DNA from: an uncultured Collinsella sp. | Lineage (GTDB): Bacteria; Actinomycetota; Coriobacteriia; Coriobacteriales; Coriobacteriaceae | Length of the DNA: 64,000 bases | Assembly: GCA_958412345.1 (NCBI GenBank) | Contig: CATYSO010000012.1 | Coordinates: 1,577 to 65,576 of the forward strand | Direction of reading: 5' to 3' | Shown here: positions 22,382-32,376 of the stretch, one piece after another | How positions within the stretch are numbered: position 1 is the first letter of the stretch | How the letters are laid out: every line of letters begins with the position of its first letter | The notes under the pieces: model-generated | The model's database searches: none | Seen by the model: the letters and a program-made list of their open reading frames with translations, nothing else | Told to the model about the DNA's origin: nothing | Translations under genes and position numbers: made by a program

Positions 22382-23524
22382 TTATGAACGCTGCTGTGGC
22401 TTCCAAGCACCCACGTTGGCGTCGTACTGGTTAAGGGCGCTGCTTCCGCCCTGAGCTATGGGTGCCAAGATCTCGCTTTGGTGCGAACTCATCGACTCGC
22501 CATCGGGAATGGCAAGCGAGATATCCCAACTCTGGCAGATCACGTCGACGCGCTCGTACATCCACTCGGCAAGCTGCTTTAAGTGGGCGATGTCATCTGC
22601 ATAGACCGTATCGTCCTGGTACTTAAGGTTGTTGAGCTCGTCTTGCGTCTTTTTAATCTGGTCGCGCAGGGCATAGGCACTCTGGGAGAGTTCCTGGCGC
22701 GTGGAGAGCGGAGAGCGGAGATAGCCGTTGTTGAACGAGTCGATGACCTCGCCGATCTGATCCTCGTTGCCGTACGACACGATGGTCTGATACAGACCGT
22801 CGAGCCTGGTATAGAGCTGATCATCGGTGAGAACGGTTTCTTCCTGAACCACTTCGGCAGGATCGTCCTGCTTGGTGTCGTCCTCGGTCGCCTCGCCCTT
22901 TTGACGCGTGGGGAAGGTGGTCTGCGCAGCCTGGCCAAACTGGTCGTAGAAACCGGGCATGACGCCCATGGGATCGGCCGTCACAAACCAATAGGCACCG
23001 CCGCACACGACGGCAAGCACCGCAATGACGATAAGCGGCTTGGGGATATGACGCTTGTGCTTATGGTAAGCATCCTCGTCGGGATGCACCTTGCGCTTGG
23101 ATTTTTGAGTGTCTTCATGCAGGGAAACCGGCATCGGGATATCGACCTTGGGGATACCGAAATCCTTATCGAAAGCCGGCAGCACGCAGGTCTCATTGGG
23201 GTCGGCGGCATCCGAAAGCACGGCGGCAGCCGAAGCGGGCGCATGGGGCACCTCGGTATCGATCTGCTCCTGCGTCAAGCGCGGAAAACCGGCGGTACGG
23301 CCCGCCGCCAGGTCGGATGCGGCAGCGTCCTCGGAAAGGATGCCCGGAGCAGGGCGTCCACATTTGGGACACGTGCGATCATGCGGGGAAAGACGCGCGC
23401 CACAGCCCTCGCAGAACACAAACTCGGTGTGCTCGGGACCGTCGCCCGGGCCGACGTAGGCGTTGCAGTAGGGGCAGAACGAGGCGCCGTCCTCGATGGT
23501 CTTAAGGCAATGCGGGCAGATCAC
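22382..23524 (-). CDS. Double zinc-ribbon, single-TM protein
   Basis: Four CxxC pairs (CPHC, CPYC, CEGC, CPKC), one TM and a helical extracellular domain; GTG start at 23524 with a GAGG RBS. Confidence 0.75.
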   Translation of the reverse strand: MICPHCLKTIEDGASFCPYCNAYVGPGDGPEHTEFVFCEGCGARLSPHDRTCPKCGRPAPGILSEDAAASDLAAGRTAGFPRLTQEQIDTEVPHAPASAAAVLSDAADPNETCVLPAFDKDFGIPKVDIPMPVSLHEDTQKSKRKVHPDEDAYHKHKRHIPKPLIVIAVLAVVCGGAYWFVTADPMGVMPGFYDQFGQAAQTTFPTRQKGEATEDDTKQDDPAEVVQEETVLTDDQLYTRLDGLYQTIVSYGNEDQIGEVIDSFNNGYLRSPLSTRQELSQSAYALRDQIKKTQDELNNLKYQDDTVYADDIAHLKQLAEWMYERVDVICQSWDISLAIPDGESMSSHQSEILAPIAQGGSSALNQYDANVGAWKPQQRS

Positions 23525-23630
23525 GGCATCCTCTTTTCGGAGCAATTCAAACAATCGAGGTTAGAGCATAACATCGCCACGGCCCCACAGGGCCAAGGCA
23601 CCAATTCAACATCGCGGGACAGTCTTTTGG

Positions 23631-23669
23631 GGGATGATTTTTTAATTCCCGCCCCAGAAAAATCATCCC
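23631..23669. repeat. REP-like hairpin (single unit)
   Basis: 12-bp stem GGGATGATTTTT/AAAAATCATCCC; 30 of 32 nt identical to an arm of the 32268-32347 palindrome. Confidence 0.7.
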
Positions 23670-23682
23670 TGAAGGCCGCGGA

Positions 23683-26403
23683 CTACTTCTTTTTCTTGGG
23701 CATCGAGACTTTGATGCCTTGGGCAGACTTGGTTACGCGAGAGCGCTTGGGCCCGGCACTCTTCTTTTTCTTGGGCTGGGCCTGGCCCACGCCCTCAAGT
23801 GCGCGGGCCTCGGCCTCACGAACGGTGCGAGCTTCGCGGCGCTGCGCCATGTCGGCGGCGACGCGCTTGGCAAAACGCTCCGCCGTCGAACCCGTCGAGC
23901 TCACCTTGCCACCACCGCGACCCAGGCGGACGCGCACACCGCGGCCAAAACCAGTTGCGGCATGACGACGACGCGGCTTAAGCGAATCCATCATCGTGGC
24001 GAGCTTAAAGAACACCGAGCAGGTAAAGACCACGATGACAGCCAAGATAACCATCTGACCCATCGTCAGGTTGGCAATAGACAGCAGCTTCGGGAATCCG
24101 ATAACGCCCACCAAGATGCCGGCGACTACAAACACAAAGAGCACCACACGTAGGGGCGTGAGAGGCTGCGAGATGCGCCAGATCAGGCTGACGCTCGCCG
24201 CGCACGACGTAAGCAGGCACATCGTAGACAGCGTGAGCTGGTTAAAGCCAAACACGCGCGCCACAAAGATATCGAGCGCCGCGGCCAAAATGACCGCAAT
24301 CGACGCCGGCAGTGCCCGCTTAAGCACGTTCGTCAGGAACGACCCCTTCACGCGAGCATTGTTGGGCTCCAAACCCAGCACAAAGCCCGGCGCGCCAATG
24401 CAGAAGAAGTTGATGAGCGTCATCTGAATCGGCTCGAAAGGGTACGGCGGCAGCGCGATGCACAGCGCCGCCAGGCCCATCGAGAACAGCGTCTTGGTCA
24501 GGAACAGTGAAGCCGAGCGTTGCAGGTTGTTGATGGAGCGACGGCCCTCGGCCACCACGGCGGGCATCGAGGCAAAGTCGTTATCGACAAGCACAATCTC
24601 GGCCACGTTGCGCGCGGCGTCGGAACCGGCAGCCATAGCCACGGAGCAGTCGGCCTCCTTAAGCGCCAGCACGTCGTTGACGCCGTCGCCCGTCATGGCC
24701 ACGGTGTGTTCGCGGCGCTTGAGCGCCTGCACAAGCTCGCGCTTCTGCTGCGGGGTCACGCGACCAAACACGTGATAGCGGTCCACCGCCGCATCGAGCT
24801 TGGCCGGCGTATCGAGCGTCGTAGCATCGACGTAGGCATCGGCTCCCGGCACGCCCACCACGCGTGCGATCGACGACACCGTGCGGGGGTCGTCACCGCT
24901 GATCACGTTGAGGGTCACGCCCTGCTCGTTAAAGTAGCCGATGGTCTCGGCCGCCGAAGTACGAATCTCGTCGCGGATGGTCACAAAGCCCACGGGCTCG
25001 GCCTCGCCCACCATATCACCATCGGGCGTAAAGCCGTCCACGCGCGCCACCACGAGCACGCGGCAGGTATCGGCAAGCTCGGCGACACGGTTCTCGACCT
25101 GCGAAAACACACGCTCCGAAAGCACAAACTGCGCCGCACCCATCACATAGGAGCCCTGGGCAAACGAAGCACCGCTCCACTTTTTGGACGACGAGAACGG
25201 AATGACCGACAACGGCTCAGACACCTCGACCGGACGATCGGCATAGTAGTTGAGCAGCGCCTGACAGGTCTCGTTGGCATCGGCCGAAGTCGCACGCGCT
25301 ACGTTGGCGAGCGCAAAATCGAGCACCGTGGTATCGACGGGAACGGCCGCCTCGTCCGAGTCCACACCAAAGCTCACGCCCTCAACCGGCAGCGGATAGG
25401 TGCCCTCGACCTCCATACGGCCCGAGGTAATGGTGCCCGTCTTGTCCAGGCACAGCACATCGACGCGCGCGAGCGTCTCGATGCAGTAGAGCTGCTGGGC
25501 CAACACCTTGCGACGTGCCAGACGCACCGTGGCGATGGCGAGCACCGACGAGGTCAGCAGCACCAAACCCTGCGGAATCATGCCCAGCAGGGCGCCCACC
25601 GTGGACAGCAGCGCCGAAGAAGGCACGCGTCCGACCAGCAGCTCGGAGAAGCACCACGAAAGCGCGCTATCGCCCGGGGTTCCCGCGGCATCCCATAGCT
25701 CGCTCACGCTCGAGGCGAACAGCGCCAGGCCAAGCGGAATCATGATGATGCTCGCAAAACGCACGATGGCATTCAGCGCGTTCATGATCTCGGAATTGAC
25801 CTTTTTGACGTACTTGGCCTCGTTGTTGATCTTGGCCACGTAGTTATCGGCACCGACATGGATCACGCGGGCGCGCAGCAGGCCCGAGTCGATAAAGCTG
25901 CCGCTCATGAGCTCGGAGCCGGGCTGCTTCTTAATGAGGTCGCTCTCGCCCGTCAGCAGGCTCTCGTTAACGAGCGCCTCGCCCGACACCACCACGGCGT
26001 CGGCGGGAATCTGGTCGCCGCGTCCCAGGCGAATGATGTCGTCGAGCACGATCTGGTCCAGGTCGAGCTCCACCTCGGCGCCATCGCGCACCGCAATGGC
26101 CTTCTTGGAGGTAAGCAGCGTAAGCTTGTCGACCATCCGCTTGGAACGCATGGACTGGATGACGCCAATCGCCGTGTTCAAGAACACCACGAACAAGAAC
26201 GTCAAGTTCTTAAACGACCCGGTCAGCAAAACCAGAATAGCCAAGATCACGTTAATCAAGTTGAACAGCGTGCAGAGGTTCTCGATGATCAGCTCTCGGA
26301 CCGATTTGGTCTTGAGCTCCATGTTGCGGTTGATCTTGCCAGCGGCAATGCGTTCCTCGACCTCGGCAGTCGAGAGTCCGCGCTCGATATCCGTTGCTGC
26401 CAT
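23683..26403 (-). CDS. P-type ATPase (CtpE/Exp7-like cation-translocating family)
   Basis: Motifs LTGES, DKTGT, VISGD and TGDGVND; start placed at ATG 26403. Confidence 0.92.
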   Translation of the reverse strand: MAATDIERGLSTAEVEERIAAGKINRNMELKTKSVRELIIENLCTLFNLINVILAILVLLTGSFKNLTFLFVVFLNTAIGVIQSMRSKRMVDKLTLLTSKKAIAVRDGAEVELDLDQIVLDDIIRLGRGDQIPADAVVVSGEALVNESLLTGESDLIKKQPGSELMSGSFIDSGLLRARVIHVGADNYVAKINNEAKYVKKVNSEIMNALNAIVRFASIIMIPLGLALFASSVSELWDAAGTPGDSALSWCFSELLVGRVPSSALLSTVGALLGMIPQGLVLLTSSVLAIATVRLARRKVLAQQLYCIETLARVDVLCLDKTGTITSGRMEVEGTYPLPVEGVSFGVDSDEAAVPVDTTVLDFALANVARATSADANETCQALLNYYADRPVEVSEPLSVIPFSSSKKWSGASFAQGSYVMGAAQFVLSERVFSQVENRVAELADTCRVLVVARVDGFTPDGDMVGEAEPVGFVTIRDEIRTSAAETIGYFNEQGVTLNVISGDDPRTVSSIARVVGVPGADAYVDATTLDTPAKLDAAVDRYHVFGRVTPQQKRELVQALKRREHTVAMTGDGVNDVLALKEADCSVAMAAGSDAARNVAEIVLVDNDFASMPAVVAEGRRSINNLQRSASLFLTKTLFSMGLAALCIALPPYPFEPIQMTLINFFCIGAPGFVLGLEPNNARVKGSFLTNVLKRALPASIAVILAAALDIFVARVFGFNQLTLSTMCLLTSCAASVSLIWRISQPLTPLRVVLFVFVVAGILVGVIGFPKLLSIANLTMGQMVILAVIVVFTCSVFFKLATMMDSLKPRRRHAATGFGRGVRVRLGRGGGKVSSTGSTAERFAKRVAADMAQRREARTVREAEARALEGVGQAQPKKKKSAGPKRSRVTKSAQGIKVSMPKKKK

Positions 26404-26434
26404 ACCACGTCCCATCACGTCGTATCGGTATAAG

Positions 26435-26468
26435 AAAACCGCCCGGACCATACGAGGTTCGGACGGTC
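26435..26468 (-). terminator. Probable terminator after tRNA-Arg(CCG)
   Basis: Imperfect stem ACCGCCCGGACC/GGTTCGGACGGT with an A-run on its left. Confidence 0.55.
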
Positions 26469-26478
26469 TTACGTTCGA

Positions 26479-26555
26479 TGGTGCCCCATGTTGGATTCGA
26501 ACCAACGGCCTTCTGCTCCGGAGGCAGACGCTCTAATCCCCTGAGCTAATAGGGC
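26479..26555 (-). tRNA. tRNA-Arg (anticodon CCG)
   Basis: Reverse complement reads GCCCTATTAGCTCAG...TCTGC-CTCCGGA-GCAGA...GGTTCGAATCC...GGGCACCA; cloverleaf with encoded CCA. Confidence 0.95.
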
Positions 26556-26566
26556 GAACGGAATGC

Positions 26567-26596
26567 ATTATACCCAAGTGCACCACGGGCTATCAA
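26567..26596 (-). promoter_or_regulatory. Putative sigma70 promoter for tRNA-Arg(CCG)
   Basis: TTGATA-N18-TATAAT on the minus strand, about 11 nt upstream of the tRNA. Confidence 0.55.
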
Positions 26597-26759
26597 AATA
26601 AAAGAAAAAGCTTTGCAATTCCGAGGAAGACGCGCCGCATCGGCACACTTTAGAAGGCAAAAGTGAGTCTGATAGTATAAACTCTCATGCACCATATATA
26701 CACGGCTCGCGATGCGGGCCGTTTTTGCAAAGGATATCCATCGAGGTGAGAGGCACACC

Positions 26760-27782
26760 ATGATTGCAATTTTAAAGCAGAGCGCCAGCGACGAGGCCGT
26801 CAGCCACATCGTCAGCTGGATTGAGAAGAAGGGTCTCAAGACCGACGTCTCGCGCGGCGAGAACGAGACCATCATCGGCCTGGTGGGCGACACGACCAAG
26901 ATCGACCCGTTCCTGCTCGAGTCCATGGACGTCGTCGAGCGCGTACAGCGCGTCTCCGAGCCGTTCAAGCGCGCCAACCGCAAGTTCCACCCCGAGGACT
27001 CCGTCATCGACTGCGGCCACGGCGTCAAGATCGGCGGCGACCAGTTCCAGGTCATCGCCGGCCCCTGCTCCGTCGAGGGCGAGAACCTCATCCGCATCGC
27101 CCGCCGCGTGAAGGCCGCCGGCGCCACGATGCTGCGCGGTGGCGCCTACAAGCCCCGCACCTCCCCCTACGCCTACCAGGGCATGGGCCCCGCCGGCCTT
27201 GACCTGCTGTGCGAGGCATCGGCCGAGCTCGACATGCCGATCGTCACCGAGATCATGGACCCGCGCGACGTGCAGATCTTCCTGGACAAGAAGATCGACG
27301 TCATGCAGATCGGCGCCCGCAACGCCCAGAACTTCCCCCTGCTCAAGGAGGTCGGCAAGACGCAGACCCCAATTCTGCTTAAGCGCGGCATGTCCGGCAC
27401 GATCGACGAGCTGCTCATGGCTGCCGAGTACATCATGAGCGAGGGCAACGACAACGTCATCCTGTGCGAGCGCGGCATCCGCACCTTCGAGACCCGCACC
27501 CGCAACACCTTCGACCTCAACGCCGTGCCGGTGCTGCACCACCTGTCGCACCTGCCCGTCGTCGCCGACCCCAGCCACGCCACCGGCTACACCCGCTACG
27601 TTGAGCCCATGGCGCTCGCCGCGACCGCCTGCGGTGCCAACGGCCTGGAGATCGAGGTCCACGACGACCCGAGCCACGCCTGGTCCGACGGCGCTCAGGC
27701 CCTCACCCCCGACCAGTTCGACGACACGATGCGCCGCATCCGCGCCATTCGCGAGGTTGTCTGCCAAGAGACCATGGAGTAG
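26760..27782 (+). CDS. aroF: DAHP synthase, type I-beta, with N-terminal regulatory domain
   Basis: IAGPCSVE, GGAYKPRTSPY, QIGARN, LKRG, CERGIRTF and DPSH; ATG 26760 after a GAGG RBS. Confidence 0.95.
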   Translation: MIAILKQSASDEAVSHIVSWIEKKGLKTDVSRGENETIIGLVGDTTKIDPFLLESMDVVERVQRVSEPFKRANRKFHPEDSVIDCGHGVKIGGDQFQVIAGPCSVEGENLIRIARRVKAAGATMLRGGAYKPRTSPYAYQGMGPAGLDLLCEASAELDMPIVTEIMDPRDVQIFLDKKIDVMQIGARNAQNFPLLKEVGKTQTPILLKRGMSGTIDELLMAAEYIMSEGNDNVILCERGIRTFETRTRNTFDLNAVPVLHHLSHLPVVADPSHATGYTRYVEPMALAATACGANGLEIEVHDDPSHAWSDGAQALTPDQFDDTMRRIRAIREVVCQETME

Positions 27783-27785
27783 CCC

Positions 27786-28700
27786 ATGGGTACAGTGAGA
27801 AACGCGCGCGTTAACCAGGGCGGCCCCAAGTGTGCCGGTATCGTGGGCCTGGGCCTCATCGGCGGCAGCTTTGCCCGCGGCTATGCGCAGGCGGGCGTCC
27901 GCGTGCTGGCCTGGGATCCCGATGACGACGTCATGACGGCAGCCAGCATGGGCACCGTTGCCGGCGAGCTCAACGACGAGACGCTCGGCGAGTGCGACAT
28001 CATCGTGCTGGCATGCTACCCAGAGGCCTGCATCGAGTGGCTCGAGGCGCACGCCCAGGCACTCGCCGACGCCACCGATACCGAAGCCATCATGGGCCCC
28101 GTGGTCATCGACACCGTGGGCGTCAAGGGCATCGTGTGCGAGCGCGCCTTTGAGCTCGCCCGCGAGCACGGCTTCTACTTTGTGGGCGCGCACCCCATGG
28201 CGGGCACGCAGTTCTCGGGCTATGCGCACTCCCGCGCCGACCTGTTCCAGGGCGCACCGCTGGTGCTCGTGCCGCCCGCGGTGGACGATGCGCTTAAGCT
28301 GGAGCTCTTGGGCCAGGTACGCGAGATGGTGCGACCCCTGGGCTTTGGCAAGTTCAGCGTGACCAGCGCCGCCGAGCACGACCGCGTGATTGCCTTTACG
28401 AGCCAGCTTGCGCACGTGGTGTCCAACGCCTACGTCAAAAGCCCGACCGCTCAGGTCCACCATGGCTTTTCGGCCGGTAGCTACCGCGACCTCACCCGCG
28501 TGGCACACCTCAACCCACAGATGTGGTCCGAGCTCATGATCGACGACGCTGACGCTCTCGCCTTCGAGATCGACCATCTCATCGAATCGCTCGGCGCCTA
28601 CAGCCGTGCACTCAAGGACCGCGACCAGCGCTATCTGGAGAACCTCCTTGCCGAGGGCGACCGCATTAAGCGCGCGCTCGACGACGAGGCCTCCCACTAG
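27786..28700 (+). CDS. tyrA: Prephenate dehydrogenase
   Basis: GLGLIGGS, HPMAG, EHD...TSQLAH, and GSYRDLTRVA. Confidence 0.93.
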   Translation: MGTVRNARVNQGGPKCAGIVGLGLIGGSFARGYAQAGVRVLAWDPDDDVMTAASMGTVAGELNDETLGECDIIVLACYPEACIEWLEAHAQALADATDTEAIMGPVVIDTVGVKGIVCERAFELAREHGFYFVGAHPMAGTQFSGYAHSRADLFQGAPLVLVPPAVDDALKLELLGQVREMVRPLGFGKFSVTSAAEHDRVIAFTSQLAHVVSNAYVKSPTAQVHHGFSAGSYRDLTRVAHLNPQMWSELMIDDADALAFEIDHLIESLGAYSRALKDRDQRYLENLLAEGDRIKRALDDEASH

Positions 28701-28736
28701 ACCACCCATCACGCCAGGTCGAAAGGACCGAAGCTT

Positions 28737-29843
28737 ATGGCGATTACCATCGATATCGACACCGCACGCCCCTACCAGGTGCATGTGGGCACGTTTTTGC
28801 TGGAGCAGGCGGGCGAGCTCGTGCGCGCCACCGCCGGCGGCTCGCACGCCGTCATCGTGACGGACACCAACGTAGGTCCGCTCTACCAGATGCCCGTTAA
28901 GCAGAGCCTTGAGGCAGCTGGCTACGAGGTGAGCATCTGCACCTTCGAGGCCGGCGAGGCCCATAAGCGCGCCGAGACCTACGTTGCCATTTTGGAGTTT
29001 GTGGCCGAGCACGAGCTTTCGCGCTCCGACGTGATCGTGGCGCTCGGCGGCGGCGTCGTGGGCGATGTGGCCGGCTTTGTGGCCGCCACCTACATGCGCG
29101 GCTGCAAGTTTGTGCAGATCCCCACGAGCCTGCTTGCCATGGTAGATTCTTCGGTGGGCGGCAAGACGGCTATCGACCTGGCTGCCGGCAAGAACCTCGC
29201 CGGCGCCTTTTGGCAGCCGAGCGTTGTTATCGCCGACGTGGGGTGCCTGGCCACCCTCACGCCCGAGCAGTTCGCCGACGGCTGCGGCGAGGTCGTCAAG
29301 CACGCCGTGATCGCCGACCCGGAGCTTTTCGCCGAGCTGGAGAAGACCCCGCTCACGCTGGAGCTGCTCAACCGCGATGTGGCCCGCGTAGCGCTCATCA
29401 TCGCCCGCAATATCGACATCAAGCGCGCCGTGGTCGTCGCCGACGAGTACGAAAACAACCAGCGCAAGCTCCTCAACTTTGGACACAGCGCCGGGCACGC
29501 CGTCGAGGCCTGCGAGCACTTTGAGCTGGGACACGGCAACTGCGTGTCGATCGGCATGGGTATCATCACGCGCGCCGCGGCCCTGCACGGCGTCTGCGAT
29601 ACCGCACTGCCCGGTCGTATTGAGGAACTCTGTGCCCGCCATGGCCTCAAGACCCGCTGCGACCTAGATGCCGATGCCGTCTTTGCCGAGGCGCTCCACG
29701 ACAAGAAGCGCGCGGGCGACACCATCGATCTAGTGATTCCGCACGGCATTGGCCGCTGCAGCATCGACCGCACACCGCTTTCCACTTTCCACGAACTCAT
29801 TGCCGAGGGCCTCGGCCAGAAGGGAGACGCATCCGCATGCTAG
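28737..29843 (+). CDS. aroB: 3-dehydroquinate synthase
   Basis: GGGVVGDVAGF, PTSLLAMVDSSVGGKT, GKNLAGAF and LNFGH. Confidence 0.96.
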   Translation: MAITIDIDTARPYQVHVGTFLLEQAGELVRATAGGSHAVIVTDTNVGPLYQMPVKQSLEAAGYEVSICTFEAGEAHKRAETYVAILEFVAEHELSRSDVIVALGGGVVGDVAGFVAATYMRGCKFVQIPTSLLAMVDSSVGGKTAIDLAAGKNLAGAFWQPSVVIADVGCLATLTPEQFADGCGEVVKHAVIADPELFAELEKTPLTLELLNRDVARVALIIARNIDIKRAVVVADEYENNQRKLLNFGHSAGHAVEACEHFELGHGNCVSIGMGIITRAAALHGVCDTALPGRIEELCARHGLKTRCDLDADAVFAEALHDKKRAGDTIDLVIPHGIGRCSIDRTPLSTFHELIAEGLGQKGDASAC

Positions 29844-31156
29844 CCCGCATCACCCCGTCCCCACTCAAGGGCACCGTTCCCGCCATCGCGTCCAAGTCGA
29901 TGGCGCATCGCCTCATCATCTGCGCCGCGCTCGCCAACGGCGAGACACACGTCACCTGCAACACCACCTGCGCCGACATCGAGGCTACGGTGCGCTGCCT
30001 TACGGCACTGGGTGCTCGCATCGAGACCGTCGAGGACGGCTTCCAGGTCCACCCCACCATGAAGAGTGTTGAGTTTGGCCTGCTCAAGGCCCTTGCCGGC
30101 GGCACGCTTGACTGCGGTGAAAGCGGCTCCACGCTCCGCTTTATGCTGCCTGTCGCCTGCGCGCTGGGCGCAGAAGCAACTTTTGTGGGTCAGGGGCGCT
30201 TGGGCGCCCGCCCGCTCTCCCCGCTCTCGGACGAGATCATCGCCGCCGGCTGCGACCTACAGGGTCTGGGCGGTTTTCCGCTCAAGACGAGCGGCCGCAT
30301 GCGCCCGGGCACCTTTGTGCTTCCGGGCAACGTGAGCTCGCAGTACATCTCGGGCCTGTTGCTGGCAGCCCCGCTGCTGGCCCAGCCCTCCTGCGTGCAG
30401 GTAACCGGCCTCATCGAGAGCCGCCCCTACATCAACCTGACGATACAGGCCATGAAGGCCTTCGGCGTCGAGGTCAACGTCGAGCGCATTCCGGCCAAGG
30501 ACGGCCAGCCCGAGGTCACGAACTTCCGCGTGAGCAGTGGCTCGTACCGCACGCCCGGCAGCGTTGCTGTCGAGGGCGACTGGTCCAACGCCGCCTTTTG
30601 GCTGTGCGCCGGCGCTATCGGCGCCGACCCCATCACCGTGGAGGGCGTATCCCTGAGCTCCGCGCAGGGCGACCGAAACGTGCTCGCCGCGCTTTCGCGC
30701 TTTGGCGCCCGCATCGTGCGCTCCACCAACGCCGCCACCGTGCAGTCCGACAAGCTCGCCGGCTTTGAGATGAGCGCCCACGACATTCCTGACCTGGTGC
30801 CCGTCATCTCGGCCGTAGCCTCGCTGGCGCAGGGCCGCACCTTTATCCGCGATTGCGCCCGTCTGCGCATCAAGGAATCCGACCGCCTGGTCACGACCAC
30901 CCGCGAGCTCACCGCGCTGGGCGCGCAGGTGCGCATTGCCGGCGATGACCTCATCATCAAGGGCGTCGATGCCTTCACCGGCGGCGAGATCGATTCGCAC
31001 AACGACCATCGCATCGCCATGATGGCCGCTATCGCCGCGAGCCGCGCCACCGGCGAGGTCGTGATCCACGGCGCCGAGGCCGTCAACAAGTCCTATCCCG
31101 ATTTCTTCGACCACTACCGCCTGCTGGGCGGCAAGGTCACGCTCGGGGAGGAATAG
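29837..31156 (+). CDS. aroA: EPSP synthase
   Basis: SKSMAHR, GESGSTLRF, SSQYISGLL, LRIKESDR, DHRIAM and KSYP. Confidence 0.96.
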   Translation: MLARITPSPLKGTVPAIASKSMAHRLIICAALANGETHVTCNTTCADIEATVRCLTALGARIETVEDGFQVHPTMKSVEFGLLKALAGGTLDCGESGSTLRFMLPVACALGAEATFVGQGRLGARPLSPLSDEIIAAGCDLQGLGGFPLKTSGRMRPGTFVLPGNVSSQYISGLLLAAPLLAQPSCVQVTGLIESRPYINLTIQAMKAFGVEVNVERIPAKDGQPEVTNFRVSSGSYRTPGSVAVEGDWSNAAFWLCAGAIGADPITVEGVSLSSAQGDRNVLAALSRFGARIVRSTNAATVQSDKLAGFEMSAHDIPDLVPVISAVASLAQGRTFIRDCARLRIKESDRLVTTTRELTALGAQVRIAGDDLIIKGVDAFTGGEIDSHNDHRIAMMAAIAASRATGEVVIHGAEAVNKSYPDFFDHYRLLGGKVTLGEE

Positions 31157-31157
31157 C

Positions 31158-32255
31158 ATGTCCTCGACCTTTGGCAACGTCTTGCACTTAAGCATCTTCG
31201 GCCAGTCGCACTCCCCCGCCATCGGCTGCTCGCTCGATGGCATTCCGGCGGGCATCGCTGTTGACCAGGAGCAGCTGCAGGCCTTCCTCGACCGTCGTGC
31301 CCCCGGCCGCGACGAGACCGCGACCAAGCGCCGCGAGGCCGACGCCGCCCACATCATCGCCGGTGTGGTCGATGGACATACCACCGGCGCGCCTATCGCC
31401 GCGATTATCGAGAACACCAACACGCGCTCCAAGGATTACTCCGAGCTGCGCCGCAAGCCCCGTCCGGGACATGCGGACTTCCCTGCGCGCGTGAAGTATC
31501 ACAACATGCACGATGTCGCCGGTGGCGGGCATTTCTCCGGCCGCCTGACGGCACCCCTGTGCATCGCCGGCGGCATTGCGCTGCAGGCACTCGAGGCCCG
31601 CGGCATTAACGTGATGGCGCACGTCGCGCAGATCGGCGGCATCTCCGACCTGCCGATGGACGATATGGTCTATCGCGAGGCCGACCGCAAGGCGATCCTA
31701 ACGAACGATCTTCCTTGCATTGACGCCGCCGCAGCCGGCCGCATGCGTGAGGAGATCCTAGCCGCGCGCGACGAACTCGACAGCATCGGCGGCATCGTGG
31801 AGTGCGGCATTTACGGGCTTCCCGCAGGCATCGGCGACCCCATGTTCGACGGCATCGAGAACCGCATCGCGCAGATCGCGTTTGGCATTCCCGCCGTAAA
31901 GGGCGTGGAGTTTGGCATGGGCTTTGCCGTGGCCGCTATGCGCGGCAGCGAGAACAATGATCCGTACCGCATCGATGCCGAGACCGGCGAGATCGAGATC
32001 GAGTCCAACAACGCCGGCGGCATCCTGGGCGGTATTTCGACCGGCGCGCCCGTCATGTGGCGCATGGCCGTAAAGCCGACGCCCTCCATTGGCCGCGAGC
32101 AGCAGACCGTGGACATGGATGCCATGGAAAATGCCGAGCTCTCGGTCCACGGCCGCCACGACCCCTGCATCGTCCCGCGCGCTGTCCCCGTAGCCGAAGC
32201 AGCCGCGGCACTCGCCATCTGGGATGCCCTCCTAGAAGACGCCGCCCAGCGCTAA
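31158..32255 (+). CDS. aroC: Chorismate synthase
   Basis: RPGHAD, GGGHFSGRLT, NNAGGILGGIS, KPTPSI and GRHDPC. Confidence 0.96.
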   Translation: MSSTFGNVLHLSIFGQSHSPAIGCSLDGIPAGIAVDQEQLQAFLDRRAPGRDETATKRREADAAHIIAGVVDGHTTGAPIAAIIENTNTRSKDYSELRRKPRPGHADFPARVKYHNMHDVAGGGHFSGRLTAPLCIAGGIALQALEARGINVMAHVAQIGGISDLPMDDMVYREADRKAILTNDLPCIDAAAAGRMREEILAARDELDSIGGIVECGIYGLPAGIGDPMFDGIENRIAQIAFGIPAVKGVEFGMGFAVAAMRGSENNDPYRIDAETGEIEIESNNAGGILGGISTGAPVMWRMAVKPTPSIGREQQTVDMDAMENAELSVHGRHDPCIVPRAVPVAEAAAALAIWDALLEDAAQR

Positions 32256-32267
32256 GCACCACCCACC

Positions 32268-32347
32268 CGGTGATTTTTCTGGGACGGGGATTAAAAAATC
32301 ATTGCGTACCTAATGATTTTTTAATCCCCGTCCCAGAAAAATCACCG
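32268..32347. repeat. Perfect 36-bp inverted repeat with 8-nt spacer (REP doublet/REPIN-like)
   Basis: CGGTGATTTTTCTGGGACGGGGATTAAAAAATCATT (32268-32303) and its exact reverse complement (32312-32347). Confidence 0.9.
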
Positions 32348-32376
32348 CAGCCCCCCTACACGTGAAAGGGGTCCCC

